Assembly: GCA_964195515.1 (NCBI GenBank)
Contig: CAXMQO010000027.1
Span: 1 to 54,326 of the forward strand
Origin: an uncultured Saprospiraceae bacterium
Lineage (GTDB): Bacteria > Actinomycetota > Acidimicrobiia > Spongiisociales > UBA5794
Reading direction: 5' to 3'
DNA: 54,326 bases
Below the pieces are notes generated by a model. It worked only from the letters and a program-made list of their open reading frames with translations, had not been told where the DNA came from and did no database searches. Below, piece by piece: positions 35,358 through 44,799 of the stretch (within the stretch, counting starts at the first letter, position 1; each line of letters begins with the position of its first letter). Made by a program: the position numbers and the translations under genes.

Positions 35358-35860
35358 GAGCGGCGACCGAACGGGACGAGAGCGGGCACGGTCATCCGAT
35401 ACGAGTGATAGCCGGGGTAGGTCTCGACAAGCCGGCGTTCTTCCCAGCGCATCTTGGTGATGAAGAACGTGACGAGCACGATCCACAACACCGCAGCGAG
35501 CCAATTCCGACGGCCCAGAGCCGAACCGGCCATCAAGATGATCACGCCGGTGTACATCGGGTGCCGGATCCAGCGATACGGGCCGCGCGTTTGGAGCTGC
35601 GCTTTCCCTGAAGGCATCGGCGACGGCGTCACCCCCCGTCCGAAGACGAGGACCGCCCAGACGACGAGTGCCAGACCAAGCCAGGTGAGGGCGGTGGCGG
35701 CGGCAGCGGCGGCAGAGGGCAGTGGCCAGGCATCGCCGACCGGGGTGAGGAGGATCCCGATGATCAGCGCCCCTTGTACGGCGACGAGGCCCCACCCGAC
35801 GACGTGGTGGCGCAGTCGGGACTGAGCGTCGTTGGACGTAGGCCGTTCGTCATTGTTCAC
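35354..35860 (-). CDS. Isoprenylcysteine carboxyl methyltransferase / PEMT family membrane protein
   Basis: GPYRWIRHPMYTG and EERRL...YPGY..Y. GGAGG RBS before the GTG. Confidence 0.88.
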   Translation of the reverse strand: MNNDERPTSNDAQSRLRHHVVGWGLVAVQGALIIGILLTPVGDAWPLPSAAAAAATALTWLGLALVVWAVLVFGRGVTPSPMPSGKAQLQTRGPYRWIRHPMYTGVIILMAGSALGRRNWLAAVLWIVLVTFFITKMRWEERRLVETYPGYHSYRMTVPALVPFGRRS

Positions 35861-36103
35861 GTGAGGTCCTCCCATCACCGAACGGTACCGGTGAGTGTTC
35901 TCTTCCCGTCGATGACGCAGATCAGGTGGCGAGGTTCCGGGAGATAGTGTTCACGACGAGAAGATCGGTGTACTCGTCGGATCGGCCGTCTGACTCGATC
36001 TAGCGGTCGCGTCGTGGCCACGTGTGCGGGGCAAGAGTGGCGCCACCGCCGCCGCGGTCGGTAGCCTTGCTCCGCTTCTTCGCATCTGAGATCGCCCGGT
36101 GTG

Positions 36104-37344
36104 ATGGGCTACCAAACGGCGAGTGAACGCGGGGTCGTCACGTCCGTGCTGCCGCTGTTCGTGGGATTGGCCCTGCTGATGGTGGGTAATGGCCTGCTCG
36201 GCTCGCTCCTCGGAATTCGTGCGGACCTCGAAGGTTTCCCAACCGTCGTCATTGGCGTCGTGATGGCCATGTACTACGTCGGGTTCCTCGTCGGATCGCT
36301 GACGATTCCGCGTTGGCTGGCATCGGTCGGGCACATAAGGGTGTTCGCGGGCCTGTCGTCGCTCGCGGCAGCGACGGCCCTGTCCTTCTCGATCCTGGTT
36401 GTTCCCCCAGCGTGGGGAGCCCTTCGTTTCGTTGCGGGGTTGTGCATGTCCGGTTTGTACGTCACGGTGGAGAGTTGGCTGAACGAACGAGCATCCAATG
36501 AGACGCGGGGGCGCCTGCTGTCGGTGTACATGCTGGTCGTCACCTTCGGGCTGGGTTTTGGACAGATTCTGCTCGGCATCGCTGAGCCGTTGGATCCCAC
36601 GCTGTTCATCCTCGCCGGGATTCTGATCTCGCTCGCGGTCGTTCCGATTGCCCTGACGCGAATCGCGGAGCCGAGGCAGCGGATACCCGTGAAATTTTCG
36701 GTGGGGCCCTGACGCGTACGGCACCACTTGGTGTTCTCGCCGTCGCGACTTCTGGAGCCGCCGGTGGCTCCATCTTCGCCCTCGGCGCTGTCTATGCCAC
36801 GAAGATCGGCATGGAGCCGGGCCTCGTCGGAGTCTTCATGGCCGCCTGACTCGTTGGAGCGGCGGCAACCCAGTACCCCCTCGGGCACCTCTCAGATCGA
36901 TTCCCGCGCGGGCGAGTGATCATGCTCGTCGCCGCCGGTGCGGTCGTGTCCGCCGTTGTTGCGACAACCGTCGATCCAGACAGTCCCTGGCTGTTCGTGA
37001 TGGCGGCGGTATACGGAAGTCTTGCGTTCCCGATGTACTCACTGGCGGTGTCACAGATCAATGACCGCATCCCGGCGCATCAACTCGTCGCGGCTGCGGC
37101 TGGGATCGTGTTCGTCTACGGTCTCGGTTCCGTTGTCGGTCCTCTCGTAGTCTCCGTCCTAATGACGGTGTTTGGCCCGGTCGGGTACTTCTGGGGTCTC
37201 GCGGCGTTCTTCTGTCCTCTGGTCGTCTGGGCGTTCGTGCGGGTCGTCTCCAAGACACGGCCGATTCAGCGACGGTTCATCAGCTTGCCGTTCCGCTCGT
37301 CGAGCGCTGCCGCGATGCTCGCAGAGGTGTCTGAAGAAGAGTGA
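36104..37344 (+). pseudogene. MFS transporter (YcaD-like), disrupted
   Basis: N-half GNGLLGSLL, VGHIRVFA, ESWLNE. A frameshift near 36703-36709 resumes as ALTRTAPLGV...VGVFMAA. In-frame TGA at 36847-36849, then QYPLGHLSDR...YSLAVSQINDR. Confidence 0.85.
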
Positions 37345-37436
37345 CGGTTGTCGGGTGGTGGATGGGCCGATACACGCTCGGCGATACGGACCAGAGGTCG
37401 CGTGGCACCAAGCGCCCCGGGTCGGCACTCGAACAC

Positions 37437-37483
37437 TTCAAAAACTCTTGACATGCGTGGACGATGTGGGATACGATGCCGGA
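37437..37483 (+). promoter_or_regulatory. ars promoter with probable ArsR operator
   Basis: TTGACA (37448-37453), 18 nt, TACGAT (37472-37477), 6 nt, then ATG. The inverted repeat TCAA-AAACTC-TTGA overlaps the -35 box. Confidence 0.75.
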
Positions 37484-37783
37484 ATGAACAGTTCAATGAT
37501 TCTTGTGACAATGGATGTTGAAGCGAGGGTTGAGGTGCTGAAGGCGCTGGCCGATCCGTACCGGCTCGAGATCCTCGAGATCCTGTCGCCCGAGATCCGG
37601 TGCAATTGCCACCTTCAGGATCAACTCGATATCGCCCCGAACCTGTTGTCGTATCACCTGAAGGTGCTGCGCGAGGCCGGCCTCATCGAAGGTGCTAAGC
37701 GAGGACGCTGGATCGACTACTCCCTGACCGAACAGGCCGCGGAGGTGATCGCCGCTGCTCTCCCAGAGAGGTTGCGGCGGTGA
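37484..37783 (+). CDS. arsR: ArsR/SmtB family repressor
   Basis: KALADPYRLEIL, CNC in helix 3, LSYHLKVLREAGLI and GRWIDY. Confidence 0.9.
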   Translation: MNSSMILVTMDVEARVEVLKALADPYRLEILEILSPEIRCNCHLQDQLDIAPNLLSYHLKVLREAGLIEGAKRGRWIDYSLTEQAAEVIAAALPERLRR

Positions 37784-38835
37784 GCGTCTTTCTCCCGGAG
37801 CAGGGAACGAGGAGAAGTTCCGGCACCCTCTGGGGCCTGGTCGCCGCAGCGGCGTTCGCGTGGGTGGTTGGCTACCTGCTCAACGGTCAGTTCTGGGATC
37901 GTGTCGTCTTCGACGTTCTTGGTCTCGATCCGGAGAGCCGGTTCGGCGAGACCGTGCATTTCTTCGTGTACGACACGACGAAGATTCTGTTGTTGCTGGG
38001 TGGGATCATCTTCATCGTCACAGTGCTGCGCAGTTTCGTGACGATCGAGCGCACCCGGGCACTCCTCGGCGGCAGGCGCGAAGGTGTTGGCAACGTGGCG
38101 GCCGCAGGACTCGGGGTGGTCACACCCTTCTGCTCGTGTTCGGCTGTGCCCGCGTTCATTGGTTTCGTCGCCGCGGGGGTGCCCCTCGGGGTGACGCTGA
38201 GTTTTCTCATCGCCTCACCGATGGTGAACGAGGTTGCGGTGATCCTGATTCTCGGGGTGTTCGGGTGGAAGGTCGCCGCGTTGTATGTGGTGTTCGGTCT
38301 TCTCGTGGCAATTTGCGCGGGCTATGTGCTCGGGCGGTTGCGCCTCGAGCGATGGGTTGAGCCATTCGTGTTCGAGACGAAGCTGCGAGGAGAACTCGTC
38401 GAACCGTCGACAGAGATGCCGTGGGAGGATCGCCTCGCTCTCGGGTGGCAAGAGGTCAAGAGCATCGTTCGCAGGATATGGCCCTACCTCCTCGTCGGAA
38501 TCGGGATCGGAGCCATCATCCACGGATGGGCCCCCGAAGATCTCTTCGCGAGTTGGGCCGGAGCCGGCAACCCGTTTGCCGTCCCAATCGCCGTCATTCT
38601 GGGCATCCCGCTCTACTCAAGCGCGGCCGGAGTCATCCCCCTCGTCCAGGCCCTCTCCGACAAGGGAGTTGCCCTCGGCACGGTCCTGGCGTTCATGATG
38701 GCGGTTGTCGCTCTCTCCCTCCCCGAAATGATTCTGTTGCGAAGGGTCCTCAAGCCGAAACTCCTCGCCACGTTCGTGGGAGTCGTCGGTACCGGGATTC
38801 TTACCGTCGGATATCTGTTCAACGCCATTATCTGA
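37780..38835 (+). CDS. arsP: ArsP-type (DUF318) permease
   Basis: TPFCSCS, SFLIASP and ALSLPE motifs. GTGA coupling to arsR. Confidence 0.85.
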   Translation: MSVFLPEQGTRRSSGTLWGLVAAAAFAWVVGYLLNGQFWDRVVFDVLGLDPESRFGETVHFFVYDTTKILLLLGGIIFIVTVLRSFVTIERTRALLGGRREGVGNVAAAGLGVVTPFCSCSAVPAFIGFVAAGVPLGVTLSFLIASPMVNEVAVILILGVFGWKVAALYVVFGLLVAICAGYVLGRLRLERWVEPFVFETKLRGELVEPSTEMPWEDRLALGWQEVKSIVRRIWPYLLVGIGIGAIIHGWAPEDLFASWAGAGNPFAVPIAVILGIPLYSSAAGVIPLVQALSDKGVALGTVLAFMMAVVALSLPEMILLRRVLKPKLLATFVGVVGTGILTVGYLFNAII

Positions 38836-38853
38836 CAAGTGAAAGGAAGAATC

Positions 38854-39096
38854 GTGAAGATCGAAGTACTCGGAACCGGTTGCAAGAACTGCAACGCACT
38901 GGAGGCAGCCACCCACCAGGCCCTGGAACAACTCGGAATGAACGTGCCGATCGACAAGATCACTGACTACGGCGAGATCGTTGCCTACGGAGTGATGTCC
39001 ACACCCGCCCTCGCGATCGACGGAGAAGTCAAGACCGCGGGACGTGTGCCGTCGGTGCGGGAACTGGCCAATCTCCTCGCGGGAGCCGCGACCTGA
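38854..39096 (+). CDS. Small thioredoxin-family redox protein
   Basis: KIEVLGTGCKNC...YGVMSTPALAIDG..GRVPS. Confidence 0.9.
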   Translation: MKIEVLGTGCKNCNALEAATHQALEQLGMNVPIDKITDYGEIVAYGVMSTPALAIDGEVKTAGRVPSVRELANLLAGAAT

Positions 39097-39097
39097 G

Positions 39098-40198
39098 ATG
39101 ACCGATTCCGTTGCTGCAGATGAGGCACATGTCGTCGCGAGGCTCTCGGCGCTCGACCGCTACCTGCCGATCTGGATTCTCCTCGCCATGGCCGTCGGAC
39201 TCCTGCTCGGGAGGGGCTTCCCCGGGCTGAACGACACGCTCGACACCATCAAGGTCGACACTGTGTCGCTCCCGATCGCCATCGGATTGCTGGCCATGAT
39301 GTACCCGGTCCTCGCCAAGGTGAAATACTCCAAAATCGGTGAAGTCACCGCCGATCGCAGACTCATGGGGACCTCGCTCTTCCTCAACTGGATCGTCGGC
39401 CCTGCGGTCATGTTCACCCTTGCCTGGATCCTGCTCCCCGACCTCCCCGCCTACCGAACCGGGTTGATCATCATCGGCCTTGCCCGCTGCATCGCCATGG
39501 TCCTCATCTGGAACGACCTGGCGTGTGGCAACGGCGAAGCAGCGGCAGTGCTCGTCGCCCTCAACTCGGTGTTCCAAGTTGTTGCCTACGCCATCCTTGG
39601 ATGGTTCTACCTCCAAGTGCTGCCGGGGTGGCTCGGACTCGATACCGGTTCGGCGCTCGACATCTCGATGTGGGCGATAGCGAAGACGGTCCTCATCTTC
39701 CTGGGCATTCCCCTCGTCGCCGGCTACCTCACCCGTCTGTGGGGCGAGCGCGTCAAGGGCGTTGAGTGGTACGAGAACGTGTTCCTCCCCAAGATTGGCC
39801 CCGTCGCCCTGTGGGGCCTCCTGTTCACCATCGTCGTCATGTTCGCGCTGCAGGGCGAGACCATCACCTCCAAGCCGTTCGACGTCGTTCGTATCGCCCT
39901 TCCGCTGCTCGCCTACTTCGGCATCATGTGGTTCGGATCGTTCCTCGTCGGGTACCGGATGCGTTTCTCCTACGGCAAGAACACCGCGATGGCTTTCACC
40001 GCCGCTGGGAACAACTTCGAACTGGGGATCGCTGTCGCCATCGGTGTCTTCGGAATCGCATCGGGGGAGGCGCTCGCAACCGTCGTGGGACCCCTGATCG
40101 AGGTGCCCGCACTCATCGCCCTCGTGTATGCCGCCCTCTGGGCGCGGCGGCGCTTCTACACCTCGTCGGACATCCCGCTGTTAGGGCAAGAAGCCTGA
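39098..40198 (+). CDS. acr3: ACR3 family arsenite efflux transporter
   Basis: MMYPVLAKV, LNWIVGP, GLARCIAMVLIWN, GNNFEL and VGPLIEVP. Confidence 0.95.
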   Translation: MTDSVAADEAHVVARLSALDRYLPIWILLAMAVGLLLGRGFPGLNDTLDTIKVDTVSLPIAIGLLAMMYPVLAKVKYSKIGEVTADRRLMGTSLFLNWIVGPAVMFTLAWILLPDLPAYRTGLIIIGLARCIAMVLIWNDLACGNGEAAAVLVALNSVFQVVAYAILGWFYLQVLPGWLGLDTGSALDISMWAIAKTVLIFLGIPLVAGYLTRLWGERVKGVEWYENVFLPKIGPVALWGLLFTIVVMFALQGETITSKPFDVVRIALPLLAYFGIMWFGSFLVGYRMRFSYGKNTAMAFTAAGNNFELGIAVAIGVFGIASGEALATVVGPLIEVPALIALVYAALWARRRFYTSSDIPLLGQEA

Positions 40199-40343
40199 CG
40201 TACGTGCCACTCCGCTCAAGTGCCGGACAACATGGAGAGAGATGGGACCTTCGTACACTGTCGTCACCTGCCGTTGGTGAGTCCGACGAAGGGTGCGGGC
40301 ACCGTTGAGATTCGGCGGAGTCTGCGACCGCGAAGGGAGCGCA

Positions 40344-41102
40344 GTGGGGAAGCATCGGACGAGATTGGTCGGACTGGCGACCGGTACGCTGCTGTTCGCA
40401 GCCTGTGGTACGACAGGAAGCAGTGCGGACGGCGAGGTGCTGGTCTCTGCCGCGGCGTCCCTGACCGATGCGTTCTCCGAGATGGAGGCGGCGTTCGAAG
40501 CCGCCAATCCCGAGACCGACGTCTTGCTGAACACCGGCGGCAGCTCGGCGTTGCGCGAACAGATCCTCGCCGGTGCGCCGGCCGACGTGTTCGCCTCCGC
40601 CAACATGTCCAACATGGACCAGGTCGTCGATGCCGGCGAGGTCGAGGGGGAACCGACGATTTTCGCCCGCAATCGACTCGACATCGCCGTTCCGAGCGGC
40701 AACCCGGGAGGTGTGACCGGACTTGCGGACTTCGCTCGAGATGAACTGCTGATCGGCCTGTGCGCCGAAGACATACCGTGTGGTGACTACGGGCGGCAGG
40801 CCCTGGAGAAGGCGCATGTGATCCCCGCCGTCGACACCGACGAGCCGAACGTGAGGGCGCTGCTCACCAAGATCGAAGCCGGGGAGTTGGACGCCGGGAT
40901 CGTGTATGTGACCGACGTTGCATCAACCGATGGCGGCGTCGGTGGTGTACGGATCCCGGACGACGAGAACGTCCTTGCCGACTATCCGATCGCCTCCCTG
41001 GCCAATGCCCCGAACTCCGATGGGGCAGCGGCGTTCGTAACGTTCGTCCTCTCTGACGAGGGCCGATCGATCCTCGCCGACCATGGATTCGCGTTGCCAT
41101 GA
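40344..41102 (+). CDS. modA: Molybdate ABC transporter substrate-binding lipoprotein
   Basis: Lipobox FAAC, AAASL, GAPADVFASAN and DAGIVYVTD. Confidence 0.92.
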   Translation: MGKHRTRLVGLATGTLLFAACGTTGSSADGEVLVSAAASLTDAFSEMEAAFEAANPETDVLLNTGGSSALREQILAGAPADVFASANMSNMDQVVDAGEVEGEPTIFARNRLDIAVPSGNPGGVTGLADFARDELLIGLCAEDIPCGDYGRQALEKAHVIPAVDTDEPNVRALLTKIEAGELDAGIVYVTDVASTDGGVGGVRIPDDENVLADYPIASLANAPNSDGAAAFVTFVLSDEGRSILADHGFALP

Positions 41103-41911
41103 AGAAACAGGTGACCTCCTCGGACCGACGGAAACGGCGTCCACCCGTGGTGTTGTTGATCCTTGCCGCGCTCGGTCTTGCTGTGTTCGTGATCCCGCTA
41201 CTCGGGCTGCTGGCCCGCACGCCGTGGCGAGACCTGCCGGCGCTCCTCACCGGCGACGTCGTGCTCGACGCGCTCCGGGTCTCGGTCATCGCATCGCTTG
41301 GGGCAACGGCGATCTCGGCAATTCTCGGCGTGCCGCTGGCGTGGGTACTGGCACGGGTCGAGTTCCCCGGCCGATCGATCGTGCGCGGACTCGTGGTGCT
41401 TCCTCTCGTGCTCCCGCCCGTCGTCGGCGGCGCCGCGCTGCTGTTCGCCCTCGGCAGGAGAGGTCTGATCGGCGAACCGCTCAACAAAGCGACGGGTCTC
41501 GTGCTCCCGTTCTCCACGTGGGGGGTCGTGATCGCGGCGACGTTTGTTGCCATGCCGTTCCTTGTCATCACCGTCGAAGGTGCCCTCCGCAACCTGGATG
41601 CCCGGTTCGAAGGAGCTGCCGCCACACTCGGCGCCGGTCGGTGGACCGTGTTGCGCCGCGTGACCCTCCCGATGATTGGACCGTCACTCGCAGCCGGACT
41701 CGCCCTCACCTGGGCCCGTGCCCTTGGCGAGTTCGGTGCCACGATCACGTTCGCCGGCAACCTTCAAGGCCGCACCCAGACGCTCCCCCTTGCAGTGTTC
41801 GTCGCACTCGAAAGCGATCGCGGCGCCGCCGTGGCGTTGAGCCTCGTCATGGTCGTCATCTCTCTGACCGTTCTCGTGGTGCTGAGGGAGCGATGGTGGA
41901 GGGCACTATGA
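41099..41911 (+). CDS. modB: Molybdate ABC transporter permease
   Basis: LPLVLPPVVGG and WARALGEFGATITFAGN. Confidence 0.93.
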   Translation: MKKQVTSSDRRKRRPPVVLLILAALGLAVFVIPLLGLLARTPWRDLPALLTGDVVLDALRVSVIASLGATAISAILGVPLAWVLARVEFPGRSIVRGLVVLPLVLPPVVGGAALLFALGRRGLIGEPLNKATGLVLPFSTWGVVIAATFVAMPFLVITVEGALRNLDARFEGAAATLGAGRWTVLRRVTLPMIGPSLAAGLALTWARALGEFGATITFAGNLQGRTQTLPLAVFVALESDRGAAVALSLVMVVISLTVLVVLRERWWRAL

Positions 41912-42975
41912 CTCGTTCACACGGCCTCGACGCCCACCTCCTGGTATCCCGCCGCGAGGGATTCACACTCGATGTGTCGTTGTCGATTCCTCCGGGGCAC
42001 ACCGTGGCGCTGCTCGGGCCGAACGGCGCCGGCAAATCCACGGCGGTGGCGACGCTCGCAGGTCTTCTGCCGCTTGACGGCGGCCACATCACGCTCGACG
42101 GTCGGACCCTCGACGATCCCGCCGGCGGCATTCTGATACCAGCCGAGGACCGCGGAATTGGGGTTGTCTTCCAGGACTACGTGCTGTTTCCCCATCTAAC
42201 GGTTGCCGAGAACGTCGAGTTCGGCCTCAGGAGTCGTAAGACACCCCGCCGTTCGGCACGAGAGCAGGCGATCCGGTGGCTTGGACGATTCGGTCTGGAT
42301 GATCTCGCCGACCGCAGGCCACGCGACCTTTCGGGAGGGCAGGCGCAGCGCGTTGCCCTGGCTCGAGCTCTCATCACCGAACCGGATCTCCTGCTCCTGG
42401 ACGAACCGCTCGCGGCGCTCGACGCCACCACCCGAGTCGCCCTGCGTCGCACACTGGCCGATCACCTCAAGCAGTTTGCGGGGCCGCGCGTGGTCATCAC
42501 ACACGACCCGACCGAAGCTTTTCTGCTCGCCGACGAGATCCACGTGATCGAGGACGGCGTGATCACCCAGGTCGGGACCCCGGACGACATCAGGCTGCGA
42601 CCCCGAACCGCCTATATCGCGGACCTTGCCGGATCCAACCTGGTGCCTGGAACTGCCGCGCGAGGAACGGTGACGACCGGCTCCCACGAACTTCACATTG
42701 CCGATACCCACATCACCGGCTCCGTGCTCGCGGCCATCCACCCCCGCGCGATCATCATTGATCGCCACCAGCCAGATGGGAGCCCTCGCAACACGTGGGA
42801 GGCCACGGTCACCCGTATCGAACACTACGGTGACCGGGTCCGGCTTCAGACCGGCGACCCGCTGCCGCTCACCGCCGAGATCACGCCCGACGCTCTCGGT
42901 GATCTCCAAATCATCGAGGGTTCCGTCGTGTGGATCTCGATCAAGGCCACGGAGATCAACGTAGAAGCGGACTGA
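41908..42975 (+). CDS. modC: Molybdate ABC transporter ATPase with TOBE domain
   Basis: GPNGAGKS, LSGGQ and LLDEP; C-terminal TOBE (SPRN...IKATE). Confidence 0.92.
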   Translation: MTRSHGLDAHLLVSRREGFTLDVSLSIPPGHTVALLGPNGAGKSTAVATLAGLLPLDGGHITLDGRTLDDPAGGILIPAEDRGIGVVFQDYVLFPHLTVAENVEFGLRSRKTPRRSAREQAIRWLGRFGLDDLADRRPRDLSGGQAQRVALARALITEPDLLLLDEPLAALDATTRVALRRTLADHLKQFAGPRVVITHDPTEAFLLADEIHVIEDGVITQVGTPDDIRLRPRTAYIADLAGSNLVPGTAARGTVTTGSHELHIADTHITGSVLAAIHPRAIIIDRHQPDGSPRNTWEATVTRIEHYGDRVRLQTGDPLPLTAEITPDALGDLQIIEGSVVWISIKATEINVEAD

Positions 42976-43020
42976 GGAAGTGGCGAGAAGTACGCCCCCG
43001 CAGACGGTCGGGCACCGCTC

Positions 43021-43557
43021 TCAGTGGATGATCTCGGCTTCGAAGCGAGAGAGGCGGATTGGGTCGTTTGGGGCGATGGAGGCCTTCCGTCGAGCGATAT
43101 CGACTTGCTCGGCAGCGGTCGAGATACCCGGGATCGCCGGGAGCAGCAGACCGGTCCGCCCTCCGGGACCGTCAACGATCACGCCGTATCGGGAAGGGTC
43201 GAGGTCGTCTAGCCCGTCGACCGGCTCGGCATCTCCGAGCAGATAGACGGTCACGTCGAGATCGTCGACCTCCCCGGCTTGGAGAGGATCGAACCGCGGG
43301 TCGGATGTCGCCGCAGCGACCGCCAGGCGGGTGATCTCTCCTCGGAGGGAACCCCCTTGGGGCCGCAGGGAGCCGATGCATCCTCGCAGTGGCCCTTCCG
43401 ATTGCCCTGGTCTGGCACCGTCGTGGAGCGACACGAACACGCCGCTCGGCGGCGGGTCGCCCTGCTCCGACGACGGATCGAGGAACTCGCCCGTAGCCAA
43501 GTAGCAGCGGATCGCCTCCCTGGCCAGGTCCACAAACCGGTGTTCGCCAGCGCTCAT
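43021..43557 (-). CDS. amrA: AmmeMemoRadiSam protein A (AMMECR1 domain)
   Basis: GVFVSL, LRGCIG, DPRF, YGVIV, GLLLP and RRKA. Confidence 0.92.
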   Translation of the reverse strand: MSAGEHRFVDLAREAIRCYLATGEFLDPSSEQGDPPPSGVFVSLHDGARPGQSEGPLRGCIGSLRPQGGSLRGEITRLAVAAATSDPRFDPLQAGEVDDLDVTVYLLGDAEPVDGLDDLDPSRYGVIVDGPGGRTGLLLPAIPGISTAAEQVDIARRKASIAPNDPIRLSRFEAEIIH

Positions 43558-43661
43558 ACCTACAGCGTATCTGAGGAACCGAGCGCGGTGAAGGGCCGGA
43601 AGTCCATGGACGTCCGGGTCGAGAGGGCATAGGTTGGTAGTGACATCCAGGGAGGTAACCC

Positions 43662-44453
43662 ATGCGTCCCGCCGTTCGTCGCCCCGCCGTCGCCGGCGCC
43701 TTCTACCCGGCGAACCGCCGCCGCCTCGAAAACGAGGTCCGGGCACATCTCGCCGCTGCCGAGCGCGTCGTGGTCGATTTCCAACTGCGGATTCTCATCG
43801 TCCCGCACGCGGGCTACGTGTACTCGGGTCCGGTCGCCGCCACCGGGTACCGTCTGCTCGAAGCTCGGGAAGACCTCCGGCGGATCGTCATGCTCGGTCC
43901 GTCGCACTATGTGTGGTTTTCCGGTCTCACCCTCCCAGGCGTCGAATACCTCGAGACCCCGCTCGGCGATGTAGCGGTCGACGGACCCGGCACGGCCGCA
44001 GCCCTGACGTCTCCGCTCGTCGTCGACTCGGCGGCTGCGCACGAACGAGAGCACTCTCTCGAGGTCCAGCTTCCGTTTCTCCAGATCGTGGCTCCCGGCG
44101 TTCCAATAGTTCCTCTGCTCACCGGGGACGTGGATCCAGCCGACGTCGCCGATGTGGTCGAGGCGCTTCTCGACGATGGGACGCTTCTGCTGGTCTCTTC
44201 TGATCTGTCCCACTACCACGACTACGAGACCGCTCGTCGCCTTGATGCCGAAACGGTCCACGCAGTCGAGCGGCTCGATCCGGCCGCTCTCGGACAAGAG
44301 TCCGCGTGCGGGCGGACCGGGATCCAGGCCGCGCTCCACATCGCGAACCGTCACGGCTACCAGATGCAGCCCCTCGATCTCAGGAACTCGGGAGACACCG
44401 CTGGTCCGCGCGATCGTGTAGTCGGGTACGGCACGTTCGCGTTCGGTGGTTGA
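43662..44453 (+). CDS. amrB: AmmeMemoRadiSam protein B (Memo domain)
   Basis: RRPAVAGAFYP, PHAGYVYSG, GPSH, EHSLEVQLPFLQ, SSDLSHY, NSGDT and VVGYG. Confidence 0.94.
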   Translation: MRPAVRRPAVAGAFYPANRRRLENEVRAHLAAAERVVVDFQLRILIVPHAGYVYSGPVAATGYRLLEAREDLRRIVMLGPSHYVWFSGLTLPGVEYLETPLGDVAVDGPGTAAALTSPLVVDSAAAHEREHSLEVQLPFLQIVAPGVPIVPLLTGDVDPADVADVVEALLDDGTLLLVSSDLSHYHDYETARRLDAETVHAVERLDPAALGQESACGRTGIQAALHIANRHGYQMQPLDLRNSGDTAGPRDRVVGYGTFAFGG

Positions 44454-44607
44454 CGCGAATCCGTGGCGCAGGAGCGGTCAGCTTGTCTCTTGAGCTGCCG
44501 GCGTCGAGACGCTCAAGACTTCGTCGCGCGCCCTCAGAGCACTGACGACGCAGGGGGGCATTGTGTGACACCCCAGATCTCGGTGATTTTCCGTGTGGGG
44601 GGTCTCT

Positions 44608-44658
44608 CACCCTGCGGTGAGAAGGAGCCCCTCTGCGGTGAGAGGAAGCCACCCTGCG
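44608..44658. repeat. Imperfect 21-bp tandem repeat (about 2.4 copies)
   Basis: CACCCTGCGGTGAGAAGGAGC / CCCTCTGCGGTGAGAGGAAGC / CACCCTGCG. Confidence 0.55.
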
Positions 44659-44799
44659 AATTCGTGGGGGCGAATCCGTGTTCCCCTACTGGGTGGGGGG
44701 ACGGCGGATGACAAGCACTCCGCGGCCCCAATCCGCTGAACCTTCGAGTACTCGGTACAGGGCCCTGCCCATGGGCCGCAGCTGGTGGCTGGCAGCTCT

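Noticed and set aside
36847-36849. Selenocysteine at the MFS in-frame TGA
   Set aside because: It falls in a TM helix of a non-redox protein that also has a frameshift, and no SECIS-like hairpin is evident.
40199-40343. Moco riboswitch or ModE box before modA
   Set aside because: Only a TACACT -10-like box is visible, and I could not match either consensus.
41083-41907. N-terminal extensions in the ORF track (modC from 41083, ABC from 10998, gcvT from 19991, peptidase from 35795, nnrE from 53149)
   Set aside because: They overlap upstream genes or promoters and encode low-complexity Arg-rich text. Downstream starts with stop/start coupling or family-typical N-termini fit better.
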